A stretch of 45,328 nt of DNA. Source: Rhodospirillaceae bacterium (GTDB lineage: Bacteria > Pseudomonadota > Gammaproteobacteria > Steroidobacterales > Rariloculaceae). The notes below the pieces were generated by a model. The model made no database searches. It was not told where the DNA came from and worked only from the letters and a program-made list of their open reading frames with translations. Shown in pieces: positions 28,616 through 38,465 of the stretch. A program made the position numbers and the translations under genes. Where the stretch lies: assembly GCA_024640685.1 (NCBI GenBank), contig JAHEEN010000004.1, forward strand, positions 1-45,328, in the 5' to 3' direction. How positions within the stretch are numbered: the first letter of the stretch is position 1; each line of letters starts with the position of its first letter.

Positions 28616-29995
28616 TCAGCCTGCAAGTTTGCGAACGTCGGCCGAGGCGGTCAGCACGCCTTCGGCGAGGTAACGTTCGTGGTTCTTCTCGATGTCCGCA
28701 AGGTTGTACAGATAGTTGACCATGATGCCGGCTGATCGCTCTAGGCCGGCCGGTGACGGATCGGCAGCCCAATTGATTTGCTGGAGGCTTGCCCCATTGC
28801 TCATATGAAAACGCGTAACAGGGTCGAGCGGCTGGTCGCCGGCCTTGGCGTTCAACAGGTAGTAGCTACAGAGCCGCATCAAGCTTGCGCGTTGCCCGTC
28901 AGGGACGTCGTCGAGGTCCAGCTTAACCGACTGAGCCAGAAATTCGCGGGCGGTCTCGATATCGGCTGCCCGCGCTTCGGGCAACGAATCCAGCTGCACG
29001 CTCTCGAGCCAGCGCCGAAAACCTGGAACCGGCGACAGCGTTACGAACGTCTTGATGTTGTCGAGATCGCGTCGCAGCTCTTCGATGACTTGCTTGAGCA
29101 GGAAGTGGCCGAAGGAAATGCCCTGCAAGCCGTGATGGCAGTTGCTGATCGAGTAGAACACCGCCGTATCGGCATGACGTGGATTCGTAGTCGATCGATC
29201 GGGCGCCAGCAGCGGCCGAATCGCGTTTGCAGTACTGTCTGTCAACGCGACCTCGACGAAGATCAGCGGGTCGTCCGGCATCGCCGGATGAAAAAATGCG
29301 AAGCAGCGACGATCGTCAGCGAGCCGCGCGCGCAGATCGTCCCAGCCGTTGATCTCGTGAACGGCCTCGTACTCAATGATTTTTTCGAGCACGTTGGCCG
29401 ACGACGTCCAGTCGATGCGCTCCATGACGAGGAACCCGCGATTGAACCATGCGATCAACAGATGGCGAAGGTCGGTGTCGAGCGGACGCAGATGCGGACG
29501 CTCGCCAAGGACGTTGAGTAGGTCGCTGCGCAGCCTGACGAGGCGGCCGATTCCGTCAGGCACCATGTTGAGGCGTCGAAAGAGCTTCCGTCGCGGTGCC
29601 TCGACAGCTTTCGCCAACGCCGCTAGCGTCGTGGCGTCCGCAGCGTCCAAGTAGGCCGTTGCAGCATTGGCTATCGTCTCGTGGTCGGCCTCGAACTGCG
29701 CGACCAGCAGCTCGAAGAACTCGAGTCGGTCAGATACCGACAGTTTCTGGTACAGCGACAGAATCTCGTCGGCCAGCGCGAGGCCGGAGGCTTCGCCACG
29801 ATGGTCGAGTAGCTGCCGGCACAACGCGCCCAAGTGCTCGGCTGGACGGTCCTTGGCGCGATCACCGTTCCACGTCCGCGGCAGCAAACCACGGCCGACA
29901 TCGAGAATAGAGGACAGAATCCGCCGAAATGCGTCAGGACGGCGTACCGCGCGAATCGCGCCGGTGTCGTCTAAATGGGGGTTGGGCGTGCTCAT
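28616..29995 (-). CDS. Malonyl-CoA decarboxylase
   Basis: WFNRGFL, EKIIEYEAVHEI, DRRCFAFFHP, FYSISNC, TLSPVPGF and DPVTRFHMSNGA motifs. Confidence 0.93.
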   Translation of the reverse strand: MSTPNPHLDDTGAIRAVRRPDAFRRILSSILDVGRGLLPRTWNGDRAKDRPAEHLGALCRQLLDHRGEASGLALADEILSLYQKLSVSDRLEFFELLVAQFEADHETIANAATAYLDAADATTLAALAKAVEAPRRKLFRRLNMVPDGIGRLVRLRSDLLNVLGERPHLRPLDTDLRHLLIAWFNRGFLVMERIDWTSSANVLEKIIEYEAVHEINGWDDLRARLADDRRCFAFFHPAMPDDPLIFVEVALTDSTANAIRPLLAPDRSTTNPRHADTAVFYSISNCHHGLQGISFGHFLLKQVIEELRRDLDNIKTFVTLSPVPGFRRWLESVQLDSLPEARAADIETAREFLAQSVKLDLDDVPDGQRASLMRLCSYYLLNAKAGDQPLDPVTRFHMSNGASLQQINWAADPSPAGLERSAGIMVNYLYNLADIEKNHERYLAEGVLTASADVRKLAG

Positions 29996-30094
29996 TCCGT
30001 TGCGCCTAGCATGCTCGGTTCCATCCGGCTTACCGCATGGCGCGATATTGTATAACGCCGATTGTGACGGAAGCTCGACCAGTCCCGCATTTTT

Positions 30095-31402
30095 TCAGTC
30101 GGGATCGGCATCGAGTGCGGCTATCTTGCGATACAACGCGCGCTCGCTGATGCCGAGGCGCTGCGCCAGCTCACGGCGCCCGACCTTGGTCGTTGCGAGC
30201 ACTTTTCGCAGATAACGTCGTTCGTGCAGATCGAGCGGCTCGACATCGACGGTCGGTCCGATCGACGCGGTTGCTTCACTGTGCCGTTGAAGCGGAGGTA
30301 GATGAGTGACGTCGATGCAGTCGTCGTCGGCCAGCAACAGCGCACGCTCAATGATGTTTCTGAGCTCACGCACGTTGCCTGGGAAGTCGTGCTGCTCGAG
30401 CGCCGCAAGTGCCTCATCGCTGATACGCATATTGTTTGCGCCGAGACGTCTGAGTATCGACGTCGCTAGTCGCTCGATATCCTCGACGCGCTCGCGCAGT
30501 GGCGGCAGCTCGACCTCCAGCACGTTCAGTCGGTAGTACAGATCCTCGCGAAACGTACCAGCTGCGACCATGTCCCGCAGGGATCGATGGGTCGCACAGA
30601 TCAAGCGAAAGTCGGCTTCCTTCCACTCGGTGCCACCGACGGGTCGGTAGCGACGCGTCTCGAGTAGCCGCAACAGCTTGACCTGCTCGGCCGGCGGCAC
30701 CTCGCCGATCTCATCGAGAAAGAGCGTGCCGCCGTTGGCAGCATCGACGAGGCCGTCGCGTCGGCTCGTCGCTCCGGTGAAGGCGCCTTTCTCGTGCCCG
30801 AATAGCTCACTTTCAAATAATGTCTCGGGCAAGCCGGCGCACTCGACCGGAACGAACGGCTTGTCGCGGCGTTGGCTCAAGCGATGAATAGTTTGCGCGA
30901 CGAGCTCCTTGCCGGTCCCGGTCTCGCCGAGCAGCATCACGGTCGTTTCCGATGGCGCCGCGCGCTCGACGAGCGCGAGCATGTGCTGAAATGCAGGCGA
31001 CTCGCCGACGAGTCGATCGGCCGCGGAGTCGACGCTGCCCGCGTCCGATGGTCGCATCCGCTCTAAGAAATACTTGATCTGACCGCTCGTCGGGTCCTTG
31101 ACGGGCCACATCTCGACGTTGACGTACTCCTTGCCGCGCGGCGTATGGTGAATGTGCAGCACGCGCGAGTTTCTACCCGTTGTCTGACTGTGCTTCAGCG
31201 GGCAAGTTTCACCGGCAAGGTCACACGGTTGCGTATAGCCATGGGATACCTCATAGCAGTGGTGCCGCCCTTGATCGATGTGATCCCCATAGGTATCGCG
31301 ATAGGCGTCGTTGGCGACGAGCACGCGGTAGTCGAGTCCGAGCAGGATCGCCGGCTCATCGAGGCAGTTCAGTAGCCCCTTCAGATCGTCCGAGTCGGTC
31401 AT
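30095..31402 (-). CDS. Sigma54-dependent activator with PAS domain, FisR-like (persulfide-responsive type)
   Basis: PAS domain with C-x10-C-x6-C ([20 protein letters not shown]). [21 protein letters not shown] and Fis-type HTH. Alternative start at 31420. Confidence 0.88.
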   Translation of the reverse strand: MTDSDDLKGLLNCLDEPAILLGLDYRVLVANDAYRDTYGDHIDQGRHHCYEVSHGYTQPCDLAGETCPLKHSQTTGRNSRVLHIHHTPRGKEYVNVEMWPVKDPTSGQIKYFLERMRPSDAGSVDSAADRLVGESPAFQHMLALVERAAPSETTVMLLGETGTGKELVAQTIHRLSQRRDKPFVPVECAGLPETLFESELFGHEKGAFTGATSRRDGLVDAANGGTLFLDEIGEVPPAEQVKLLRLLETRRYRPVGGTEWKEADFRLICATHRSLRDMVAAGTFREDLYYRLNVLEVELPPLRERVEDIERLATSILRRLGANNMRISDEALAALEQHDFPGNVRELRNIIERALLLADDDCIDVTHLPPLQRHSEATASIGPTVDVEPLDLHERRYLRKVLATTKVGRRELAQRLGISERALYRKIAALDADPD

Positions 31403-31405
31403 AGC

Positions 31406-31438
31406 TGCCAATTTTGGCATAGTCTGCCAAATTTGACA
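31406..31438. promoter_or_regulatory. Tandem palindromic enhancer (UAS) sites for the sigma54 activator
   Basis: TGCCAATTTTGGCA (31406-31419) and TGCCAAATTTGACA (31425-31438), ~80-110 bp upstream of the -24 box. Confidence 0.7.
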
Positions 31439-31515
31439 TGCCTGAAACGGCAGAAATGGCTGGCTAGGTGTCAGCTCCTCGATCTAACTTGCTGTTTTTA
31501 ATAGGCACGAGAGAT

Positions 31516-31531
31516 TGGCACGAAACACGCA
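31516..31531 (+). promoter_or_regulatory. Sigma54 (-24/-12) promoter
   Basis: TGGCACGAAACACGCA has exact GG-N10-GC spacing and is divergent from the activator. An IHF-like box lies at 31485-31497. Confidence 0.78.
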
Positions 31532-31604
31532 TTAGACAGCATAGAGGTTAACAGACCGGTCCGGCGATTCCTGCTGCCGGCGGTCACGACGACAGGAGAC
31601 AACG

Positions 31605-31694
31605 ATGTTACAACTCAAGAGCATGATCGGGCTGATGGTCTACACCGCAGTATTGGGCGTCGCCGTGACAGCTGGCGCCATCCTGATGGCCTGA
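31605..31694 (+). CDS. 29-aa hydrophobic small protein MLQLKSMIGLMVYTAVLGVAVTAGAILMA
   Basis: AGGAGA RBS then ATG. Single TM-like stretch. Lies between the sigma54 promoter and a terminator. Confidence 0.7.
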   Translation: MLQLKSMIGLMVYTAVLGVAVTAGAILMA

Positions 31695-31758
31695 GATCGA
31701 GCCCCCGGCCGCTGCCAGCGTGTGGCGGTTTCGATCCCGAATCCAATGATCCCCCATT

Positions 31759-31787
31759 GCCGGCGCATGGAAGCGCCGGTTTTTTTT
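31759..31787 (+). terminator. Rho-independent terminator after the small peptide gene
   Basis: GCCGGCGC-ATGGAA-GCGCCGGT hairpin followed by a T-run. Confidence 0.8.
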
Positions 31788-31810
31788 GAGGGGTAAATCG
31801 CGATCGATCC

Positions 31811-31838
31811 AAAAAAATGCCCGGAGCAAAGTCCGGGC
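31811..31838 (-). terminator. Rho-independent terminator of the dps/Prx-Grx transcript
   Basis: GCCCGGA-N6-TCCGGGC hairpin with A7 on the + strand (U-tract on the - strand). Confidence 0.8.
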
Positions 31839-31867
31839 GAGTAGGGGGAGCTAGGAGAAAGAAGACG

Positions 31868-32611
31868 TCAGGCCGCGCGTCGGTGTCCAAGCCAGTCGGC
31901 GAGTGTGTCGGCGCCGCCAATCCGCTCGCCATCGACGAAAATCTGTGGATAGCTGAGGTCCTGCGAGACCGCACGCAGTGTCCGGTCGCTGAAGTCGCGA
32001 TTGAGCACGAGCTCGTCGAACTCGATACCAGCGTCGCGCAGCATGCCTTTCGCACGGACACAATGCGGGCAACCGTCGCGTGTAAAAACTGCAACGTCGA
32101 GCGGTTTCTGCGCGCTGGGCGCGAGATACTCGAGCATCGTATCGGCGTCGGAGGCGACGAACGGGTCGCCGGGCTCTTGCGGTTCGATGAACATCTTCTC
32201 GATGACGCCGTTTTTGACGAGCATCGAGTAGCGCCACGATCGCTGTCCGAAGCCGAGGTCTTCCTTGCCGACGAGCATGCCCATGCCGCGCGTGAAGTCG
32301 CCGTTGCCGTCAGGCAGGAACGTCACGTTGTCCGCATGTTGAGCGAGCTTCCACTCGTTCATGACGAATGCGTCGTTGACCGAGACGCAGACGATGTCAT
32401 CGACGCCGTGTTGGCGAAACTCGCGTGCGAGCTGATTGTAGCGAGGCACGTGCGATGACGAGCACGTCGGCGTAAATGCGCCCGGTAGCGAGAAAACGAC
32501 GACAGTTTTGCCGCCGAAGATGCCGTCGCTCGTGCGCTCGATCCAGGCGTGGTCATCGCGCGTCTTAAATGTGCAGTCCGGGATGCGGGTCCCTTCGCGG
32601 TTCTCGAACAT
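31868..32611 (-). CDS. pgdx: Hybrid peroxiredoxin (Prx5)-glutaredoxin
   Basis: [18 protein letters not shown] and RSWRYSM motifs. C-terminal Grx domain with CPHC and YPQIF. Confidence 0.93.
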   Translation of the reverse strand: MFENREGTRIPDCTFKTRDDHAWIERTSDGIFGGKTVVVFSLPGAFTPTCSSSHVPRYNQLAREFRQHGVDDIVCVSVNDAFVMNEWKLAQHADNVTFLPDGNGDFTRGMGMLVGKEDLGFGQRSWRYSMLVKNGVIEKMFIEPQEPGDPFVASDADTMLEYLAPSAQKPLDVAVFTRDGCPHCVRAKGMLRDAGIEFDELVLNRDFSDRTLRAVSQDLSYPQIFVDGERIGGADTLADWLGHRRAA

Positions 32612-32647
32612 TGTGAATCCTCCGAGTTTCAGTCGTTGTAAATCGAG

Positions 32648-33118
32648 TTAGTGGTCGAGCATGCTGCGCAGCATCCACGCGTTCTTCTCGTGGATCTGCA
32701 TGCGTTGCGTTAGAAGGTCCGCGGTTGGCTCGTCGTTGGCGCGCTCCGCGGCTGGAAACGCTTCACGGGCCGTGCGCACGACGGCTTCTTGGCCGGCGAC
32801 GAGCGCGCGAATCATGTCCTCGGCATTCTCGTCGCCGCTGGCCTCGTCGACCGAAGCGAGCTGCGCGAACGCCGCATACGAGCCGGGTGCCTTGACGCCG
32901 AGGGTGCGGATACGTTCGGCGATCTCGTCGACGGCTGTCGCAAGCTCCGTGTACTGCGTCTCGAACATCGTATGCAGTGTGTTGAAGTGCGGACCCGTCA
33001 CGTTCCAGTGATAGTTGTGGGTCTTCAAATACAGCGTGTAGCTATCGGCAAGCAGCCTGGACAGACCGCCTGCTATAGCCTCGCGGTCCATGGTGTCGAT
33101 GCCGATTTCAATATTCAT
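32648..33118 (-). CDS. dps: Dps DNA-protection ferritin-like protein
   Basis: [30 protein letters not shown] and HEK.AWML motifs. Confidence 0.95.
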   Translation of the reverse strand: MNIEIGIDTMDREAIAGGLSRLLADSYTLYLKTHNYHWNVTGPHFNTLHTMFETQYTELATAVDEIAERIRTLGVKAPGSYAAFAQLASVDEASGDENAEDMIRALVAGQEAVVRTAREAFPAAERANDEPTADLLTQRMQIHEKNAWMLRSMLDH

Positions 33119-33159
33119 CTGTGCTCCTCCGGGTCGATTCTGTCGATGCGGAGTAGTCT

Positions 33160-33222
33160 AGATTGAGTATAAAAATCTGTAAAACAGAATAAATAGGAAA
33201 TAATATGCTATAAAAACGATCA
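33160..33222. promoter_or_regulatory. AT-rich divergent oxyR/dps promoter, probable OxyR site
   Basis: Sharp AT-rich island containing ATAG/CTAT tetramers, between oxyR and dps. Confidence 0.5.
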
Positions 33223-34128
33223 ATGCGCATCCCGACTGTCAAGCAGATCCAGTATTTCCTCGCGCTCGCCGAGCACGAGCACTTCGGCCGCGCGGCGGCG
33301 GCGTCGTTCGTCTCGCAGTCCGCATTCAGCGCTGCGATCAAGGAGCTCGAAGCGACGTTAGGTGTGCAACTCGTCGATCGGACGAATCGCTCGGTCACGG
33401 TGACTGCGATGGGGCAACGCATTGCGGCGCAGGGCCGCCATTGCGTGGAGGCGCTCGAGGAACTCGTCGAGATCGCTCAAGGGCAGCGCAATCCGCTCGA
33501 AGGGGAGTTGCGGCTCGGCGTCATTCCGACGATTGCGCCATTCCTGCTGCCGACGCTGCTGCCATTGCTGCGGCAACGCTATCCGAAGCTACGGGCACTT
33601 TTGACCGAGGCGCAGACCGTGCCGCTGCACGAGAGCTTGTTGAACGGCGAGCTCGACGTGCTGCTGCTCGCGTTGCCGTTCGAGCTGCGCGGCACGGAAA
33701 CGAAAGCGCTGTTTGACGACAGGTTCTTGCTGGCCTTTCGCGACGGGACGACGCTAATCGATGCCGAGCGCTACCGTCTCGAGTCCGTCCCGGCAGAGTC
33801 CGTGTTGCTGCTGGGCGAAGGGCACTGCTTGCGCGGCCATGCGCTCGAGGCGTGTCGGTTGCGAGGCACAGAGAAACTGAGCCCGGTCTCGGCGACGAGC
33901 CTTTTGACGCTCGTCGAGATGGTCGATGCCGACCTCGGCATCACGTTTTTGCCGGAAATGTCTTTGGGCTCGACGTTGCTAGCGCACACGCAGTTGCGTC
34001 TGCAGCCGATACCAGGTGGGGGCGAGCGAACGATTGGGCTTGCGTGGCGCAAGGGCAGTGCCCGTGCCGCGGAGTTTGCGCTTCTGGGCGAGTTCATCGC
34101 CGCGCACGCCGGGCTAGATTCTACATAA
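33223..34128 (+). CDS. oxyR: H2O2-responsive LysR regulator OxyR
   Basis: HFGRAA HTH, GVIPTIAPFLLP, and the redox Cys pair in EGHCLRGHALEAC. Divergent from dps. Confidence 0.9.
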   Translation: MRIPTVKQIQYFLALAEHEHFGRAAAASFVSQSAFSAAIKELEATLGVQLVDRTNRSVTVTAMGQRIAAQGRHCVEALEELVEIAQGQRNPLEGELRLGVIPTIAPFLLPTLLPLLRQRYPKLRALLTEAQTVPLHESLLNGELDVLLLALPFELRGTETKALFDDRFLLAFRDGTTLIDAERYRLESVPAESVLLLGEGHCLRGHALEACRLRGTEKLSPVSATSLLTLVEMVDADLGITFLPEMSLGSTLLAHTQLRLQPIPGGGERTIGLAWRKGSARAAEFALLGEFIAAHAGLDST

Positions 34129-34214
34129 CGGCCTTCTTCACTATGCTGGCGCCGTCCTGCGGCGTATCGGTCAATGCGCGCTGGACACGGCTGGGTTTCG
34201 CATTCAAGCTCGAT

Positions 34215-34298
34215 GCGCTGATAAATGGCACACCCCTCGAAAGAGGGGGTCGCAAAGCCACCGGTCTAAGGAAGTTTCTAGGACAGCGGGGTTGCCAG
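34215..34298 (+). ncRNA. Cyclic di-GMP-I (GEMM) riboswitch
   Basis: GGCACACCCCTC-GAAA-GAGGGGGTCGCAAAGCCACCGGTCTAAGG...GACAGCGGGGTTGCC follows the GEMM P2 GNRA loop, CGCAAAGC junction and P3 receptor pattern. Confidence 0.88.
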
Positions 34299-34383
34299 CC
34301 ACGAGCCGCCAGGCTCGTTGCCCATCCTTCGTTGCGAAGCCTCTCGCGGCCGGTTGAACCGACGACCGATCGAGGATGGGACG

Positions 34384-34524
34384 ATGGTTTTCAATGAGCT
34401 CATGAGCATTACGCCGTACCCGGCGCAGCTGGATAAAGCCGAGCAGATCATCAACTACACGCTTTCGCGGCTCGAGGGCGAGGAGTCATTCGCGGTTGCG
34501 CGCATCGACACCGGCAGTTTTTAG
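34384..34524 (+). CDS. 46-aa small protein downstream of the riboswitch
   Basis: GAGGA upstream. Sequence MVFNELMSITPYPAQLDKAEQIINYTLSRLEGEESFAVARIDTGSF. Confidence 0.55.
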   Translation: MVFNELMSITPYPAQLDKAEQIINYTLSRLEGEESFAVARIDTGSF

Positions 34525-34630
34525 CGAGCGCGAAGGCGGCTCTTGGCGCGCCATCAACGATTTGGATCGGCTCGAGCGGCTGCTGTGAGTCGGCACGAGT
34601 TATATCCCGATTGATTCAAGGAGAGAAGCA

Positions 34631-35227
34631 ATGCGATGGGTAATGGCTACAGTGGTCTTGCTCGCAAGCGGTACCGTGCTGGCACAGGATGTCTCGGGCG
34701 CTTACATGGGCGCGACAGTCGGCAATCTGACGTACACCGAGCAAGCCGACGGCTTGATCAGCTCGAGCGACTTCGACGACAGCGCATCGGCGTACCGGCT
34801 TTATGGCGGCTACCGCCTCGGCAAGCGGCTCGCGCTAGAGCTTGGCTATGCGACGAGCGACGGCGTCTCCGACACGATTGACATGGACCTGCTGGGCAGT
34901 TTCGTGCCGGTCGAGGTCAGCAACGATTTCACGCTGACGACGGCGCGAGCACTTTTGCATTTTCCAATCAGTGCTGAGCGTCTACCGTTCGTCAGCCTCA
35001 GCGTGTTCGCCGGTCTGGGCGTCTACGATGCCGATATCGAGTCAACCGGAACGATCGCCGGCTTGCCGTTTGCGGTGACCGAGACGACCGACGATGGCTC
35101 GACGGCGTTACTGGGGCTCCAAGTCGACTTTCCGAAGGTCAGCATTCGCGGCGAGTACGAGTGGTTCGATACGCAATCGAGCGTCGATATCTGGTCCGCT
35201 GGTGTCGGCCTGATTTTTCGCTTCTAA
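34631..35227 (+). CDS. Outer membrane beta-barrel protein (OmpA-like transmembrane domain)
   Basis: Signal peptide, G.Y.G and YGGYRL...ALELGY motifs, IRGEYEWFD, terminal Phe. Confidence 0.85.
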   Translation: MRWVMATVVLLASGTVLAQDVSGAYMGATVGNLTYTEQADGLISSSDFDDSASAYRLYGGYRLGKRLALELGYATSDGVSDTIDMDLLGSFVPVEVSNDFTLTTARALLHFPISAERLPFVSLSVFAGLGVYDADIESTGTIAGLPFAVTETTDDGSTALLGLQVDFPKVSIRGEYEWFDTQSSVDIWSAGVGLIFRF

Positions 35228-35236
35228 TCGTTTTGT

Positions 35237-36604
35237 CTACGAGTCGGCGGGTTGGCTTAGGTTGGGCTGACCCGCTGCTTCGCTGTCGATCCAACGATCC
35301 ATGATCTTGCTGGCGACGACATCGCCGGCCACATTGATCGCCGTGCGGCTCATATCGAGTATCCGGTCGACACCGATCAACAACGCGACGCTTTCAGCCG
35401 GAACGCCGATCGAGCTCAATACCGTCGCCAAAATAACAATCCCTACGCCCGGTGTTGCGGGCGAGCCGATCGACGCGCCGACGGCCATTGCGACGACGAG
35501 CGCCATCCCGCCTAGCCCGATCTCTATACCATAGACTTGAGCGAGAAACATCGCTGCGACGCCCTGGTAGAGTGCGGTCCCGTTCATGTTGATCGTCGCT
35601 CCGAGCGGCACGACGAATTGTGCGATCGAGCGGCGGACGCCGAGCCGTTCTTCGGCCGTCTTGATCGACAGAGGCATGACTGCCGCCGAGCTCGACGTCG
35701 AGAACGCGAGTAGCAATAGCTCCCTTGTCTCGCGTAGAAATTCGAGCGCGCCCTGCTTGGCGAGCAGCCGCAGCAGCACGAGATAGAGTGCGAGCAGCAT
35801 CAGCAAGCCCAGCCACACGGTGATGACGTAGTAGGCCATGCCGATGAGCGCCTCGATGCCGAGCTGGCTCGTCAGCCGCGCCATGAGACCGAACACTGCG
35901 ATCGGGGCGAGACGCATTGCCCAGCGAACGACGGTCATGCAAACGTGCTGCAGCGAAGTCAGAAGATCGAGTAACGGCTTGGATTGAGTCGGCGTCAACG
36001 AGACCAATGCGACCCCGACGATGACCGCGAATATCACAACCTGCAGCATCTCCCCTTCGACCATTGAGCCGAGCGGATTGCCGGGCAGCAAGCGAATCAG
36101 CGTTTCGGGTAGTTCCTCGAGACTGGGCGCCGCCATCGGTGCGGGCGGTGCGGTGCCGGATGCCTGCTCGATGAGATTCTCACCTAAGCTACGGCCCGGC
36201 CTGATTAAATCGGCAATCCAAAGGCCGATCGCAGCAGCAATAGCTGTCGTTGCGACGAAGAACAGCACGACGACGACACCGAGTCGCCGCAACTGCTCGA
36301 CGTTCTCGCTCGAGGCGAGACCGAGGATGATCGAGGCGAACACCAGCGGTATGACGATCATCTGCACGGCTGCGAGAAACAGCATGCCAGGCAGTGCAAG
36401 CCAGTTGCCGATTAGCGCCCCGGTGCTCGGCGCCAAGAAACCGGCGCTCGGCCCCAACGCAGCACCGGTCAGAAGCCCGAGAAACATGCCGATCAGGACT
36501 TTGAGCCAGAGCCGTCCGGCCGTGAGTCCGACCAGGTAGTCGGCCAGGTTCGTCAGCGGGCGCGGTTCCAGCACGTCGAGGTATTTGAGAAATCGTGTCG
36601 CCAT
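35237..36604 (-). CDS. Dicarboxylate/amino acid:cation symporter (DAACS)
   Basis: AFSTSSSAAVMP, PLGATINMNGTALY and DRILDMSRTAINVAGD motifs. Confidence 0.93.
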   Translation of the reverse strand: MATRFLKYLDVLEPRPLTNLADYLVGLTAGRLWLKVLIGMFLGLLTGAALGPSAGFLAPSTGALIGNWLALPGMLFLAAVQMIVIPLVFASIILGLASSENVEQLRRLGVVVVLFFVATTAIAAAIGLWIADLIRPGRSLGENLIEQASGTAPPAPMAAPSLEELPETLIRLLPGNPLGSMVEGEMLQVVIFAVIVGVALVSLTPTQSKPLLDLLTSLQHVCMTVVRWAMRLAPIAVFGLMARLTSQLGIEALIGMAYYVITVWLGLLMLLALYLVLLRLLAKQGALEFLRETRELLLLAFSTSSSAAVMPLSIKTAEERLGVRRSIAQFVVPLGATINMNGTALYQGVAAMFLAQVYGIEIGLGGMALVVAMAVGASIGSPATPGVGIVILATVLSSIGVPAESVALLIGVDRILDMSRTAINVAGDVVASKIMDRWIDSEAAGQPNLSQPADS

Positions 36605-36802
36605 CGTTGCTCGATAGAGGCTTTCGGGATCGTCGGGGCCTGGCCGCGGACATACGGCGCGTAGCCGTTCCGTGACGGAAGCCTAGCAAATTCGCGGGAA
36701 TCTCCAGCACAGTAGATTCCGAAACGCGCGAGATTGGCGCCGGAATGTCACGGTTGTATTATCGGCAGCGCGCGTATGCTGGCAGACCAAGGAGTTGGGG
36801 CC

Positions 36803-38437
36803 ATGTATTGTCGAGCTTTTGAGATTGCGCTAGTTCTTGCGCTGTCGCTCGCGACGCTCGGCAGCGCGCTTGCCGAGACACCGGTCGAGGCGCGCCTTCG
36901 CAACCGAATCGAGGCCGCGGTTTTCACCGATAGCCTCAAGGTCGCCGACGAGCGCATTCACGCGCGCGAGACGATGCGTGCGTTCTATCCACTGCGCGAC
37001 TATCGCCCGGTTTGGGTGGGGGAGGCCGGTCTCTCGCCGCGCGGTGATGCGTTGCTCAACTGGATCCACACCGCACCCGCGCGGCACGGACTCAGGCCTG
37101 CCGACTACCATGTCGCCGTACTGGATGAGCTCGAGAGTGCCGACCGGCTCGGTGCTATCGTGGATCTCGAGCTCGCGATGACCGACGCCTTCCTGATGCT
37201 TGGCTCTCACTTCCTGGCGGGCCGACTGAACCCCGAGACGCTCGATTCAGAGTGGATAGCGAATCGCCGCCATCGACCGCTCGCGCCGTTGCTGGAGCGC
37301 GCGGCTGAGTCCGACGCGCCCAGTGCCGTTCTCGAGGAGTTGCTGCCGACCGATCCGGCCTACCACGCGCTAGTGGGGCGTCTTGCGAGCTTTCGGCAAC
37401 GGCGCGACTCGCTTGGGAACTGGCCGGAAGTGCCCGATGGTGCGACGCTTCGTGAGGGCGATTCGGGTGCGCGCGTCGACGCGTTGATCGATCGGTTGAT
37501 CGCTGCTGGAGATCTCGATGGCGATGCGCGCCCGTCGATGTTCGACACGACCGTAGCAGATGCCGCGCGGCGCTTTCAGCTGCGTCACGGTCTCGCCGCC
37601 GACGGCGTTGTCGGTCGGCAGACGCTGCGCGCACTGAACGTGCCGATCCAGGACCGTATCGATCAGCTCATAGTCAATCTCGAGCGCTGGCGGTGGCTTC
37701 CGGAAGACCTCGGAGATCTCTATGTGATCGTCAATATCGCGGGCTTTCGTCTGGACGTCATCGAGAACGACACGTCGATTCTCGACATGCGGGTCGTTGT
37801 TGGACAGCCGTATCGGCGTACGCCCGTCTTCTCGGATCAGATTCGCTATCTCGTGCTGAGCCCGTATTGGGAGGTGCCGCCGAGTATCGCGACCGGCGAC
37901 AAGCTGCCGTTGATTAAACGGGATCCAAGCTATCTTGCGGCCCAGGGTTACGAGCTATTGAGTGGTTGGGGCGATCAGGAGCGCCCGGTCGATCCCGCCG
38001 ACGTCGATTGGAACAGCGTCACTGCGCGGAACTTTCCCTATCGTCTGCGGCAGAAACCGGGTTCATTCAACGCGTTGGGTGCTGTGAAGTTCATGTTTCC
38101 GAACAAGTTCTCGGTGTATCTGCACGATACGCCTGCGCGCGAGCTGTTCGGGCAGAACGCACGGGCGTTTAGCTCCGGATGTATTCGTCTAGATCGGCCG
38201 CTGGATCTCGCGGAGCTGTTGCTCAGCGACCAGGCCGAGTGGACACGACCGGGGATCGAAGCGGCTGCGGGTGGCAACAGCGAGCAGACTGTGCGACTCA
38301 CGCGCCCGGTTCCCGTGCACTTGCTGTACTGGACCGCTTGGATCGATCCGAGCAGTGGCGATCTTCACTTCAGGGACGATATTTATGGACGCGACAATCC
38401 AGTGCTCCGCGAGCTTCGCGAGATGCCGCCGAGCTGA
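36803..38437 (+). CDS. ldtD: L,D-transpeptidase YcbB/LdtD with peptidoglycan-binding domain
   Basis: Scaffold domain, FQLRHGL..DGVVG, NLERWRWLP and YLHDTP...RAFSSGCIRL motifs. Confidence 0.9.
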   Translation: MYCRAFEIALVLALSLATLGSALAETPVEARLRNRIEAAVFTDSLKVADERIHARETMRAFYPLRDYRPVWVGEAGLSPRGDALLNWIHTAPARHGLRPADYHVAVLDELESADRLGAIVDLELAMTDAFLMLGSHFLAGRLNPETLDSEWIANRRHRPLAPLLERAAESDAPSAVLEELLPTDPAYHALVGRLASFRQRRDSLGNWPEVPDGATLREGDSGARVDALIDRLIAAGDLDGDARPSMFDTTVADAARRFQLRHGLAADGVVGRQTLRALNVPIQDRIDQLIVNLERWRWLPEDLGDLYVIVNIAGFRLDVIENDTSILDMRVVVGQPYRRTPVFSDQIRYLVLSPYWEVPPSIATGDKLPLIKRDPSYLAAQGYELLSGWGDQERPVDPADVDWNSVTARNFPYRLRQKPGSFNALGAVKFMFPNKFSVYLHDTPARELFGQNARAFSSGCIRLDRPLDLAELLLSDQAEWTRPGIEAAAGGNSEQTVRLTRPVPVHLLYWTAWIDPSSGDLHFRDDIYGRDNPVLRELREMPPS

Positions 38438-38465
38438 GGCGCCTCGATATACGAGCCGTCTGCTC

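Noticed and set aside
28778-29521. Long antisense ORFs here and opposite many other genes (e.g. 27660-28283, 31817-32458, 18178-18819)
   Set aside because: Shadow frames expected in high-GC coding DNA. They lie opposite well-supported genes and have no motifs.
38271-38465. Upstream extension of the M15 peptidase ORF
   Set aside because: It overlaps the ldtD C-terminus. The hydrophobic signal-like segment starts near 38460.
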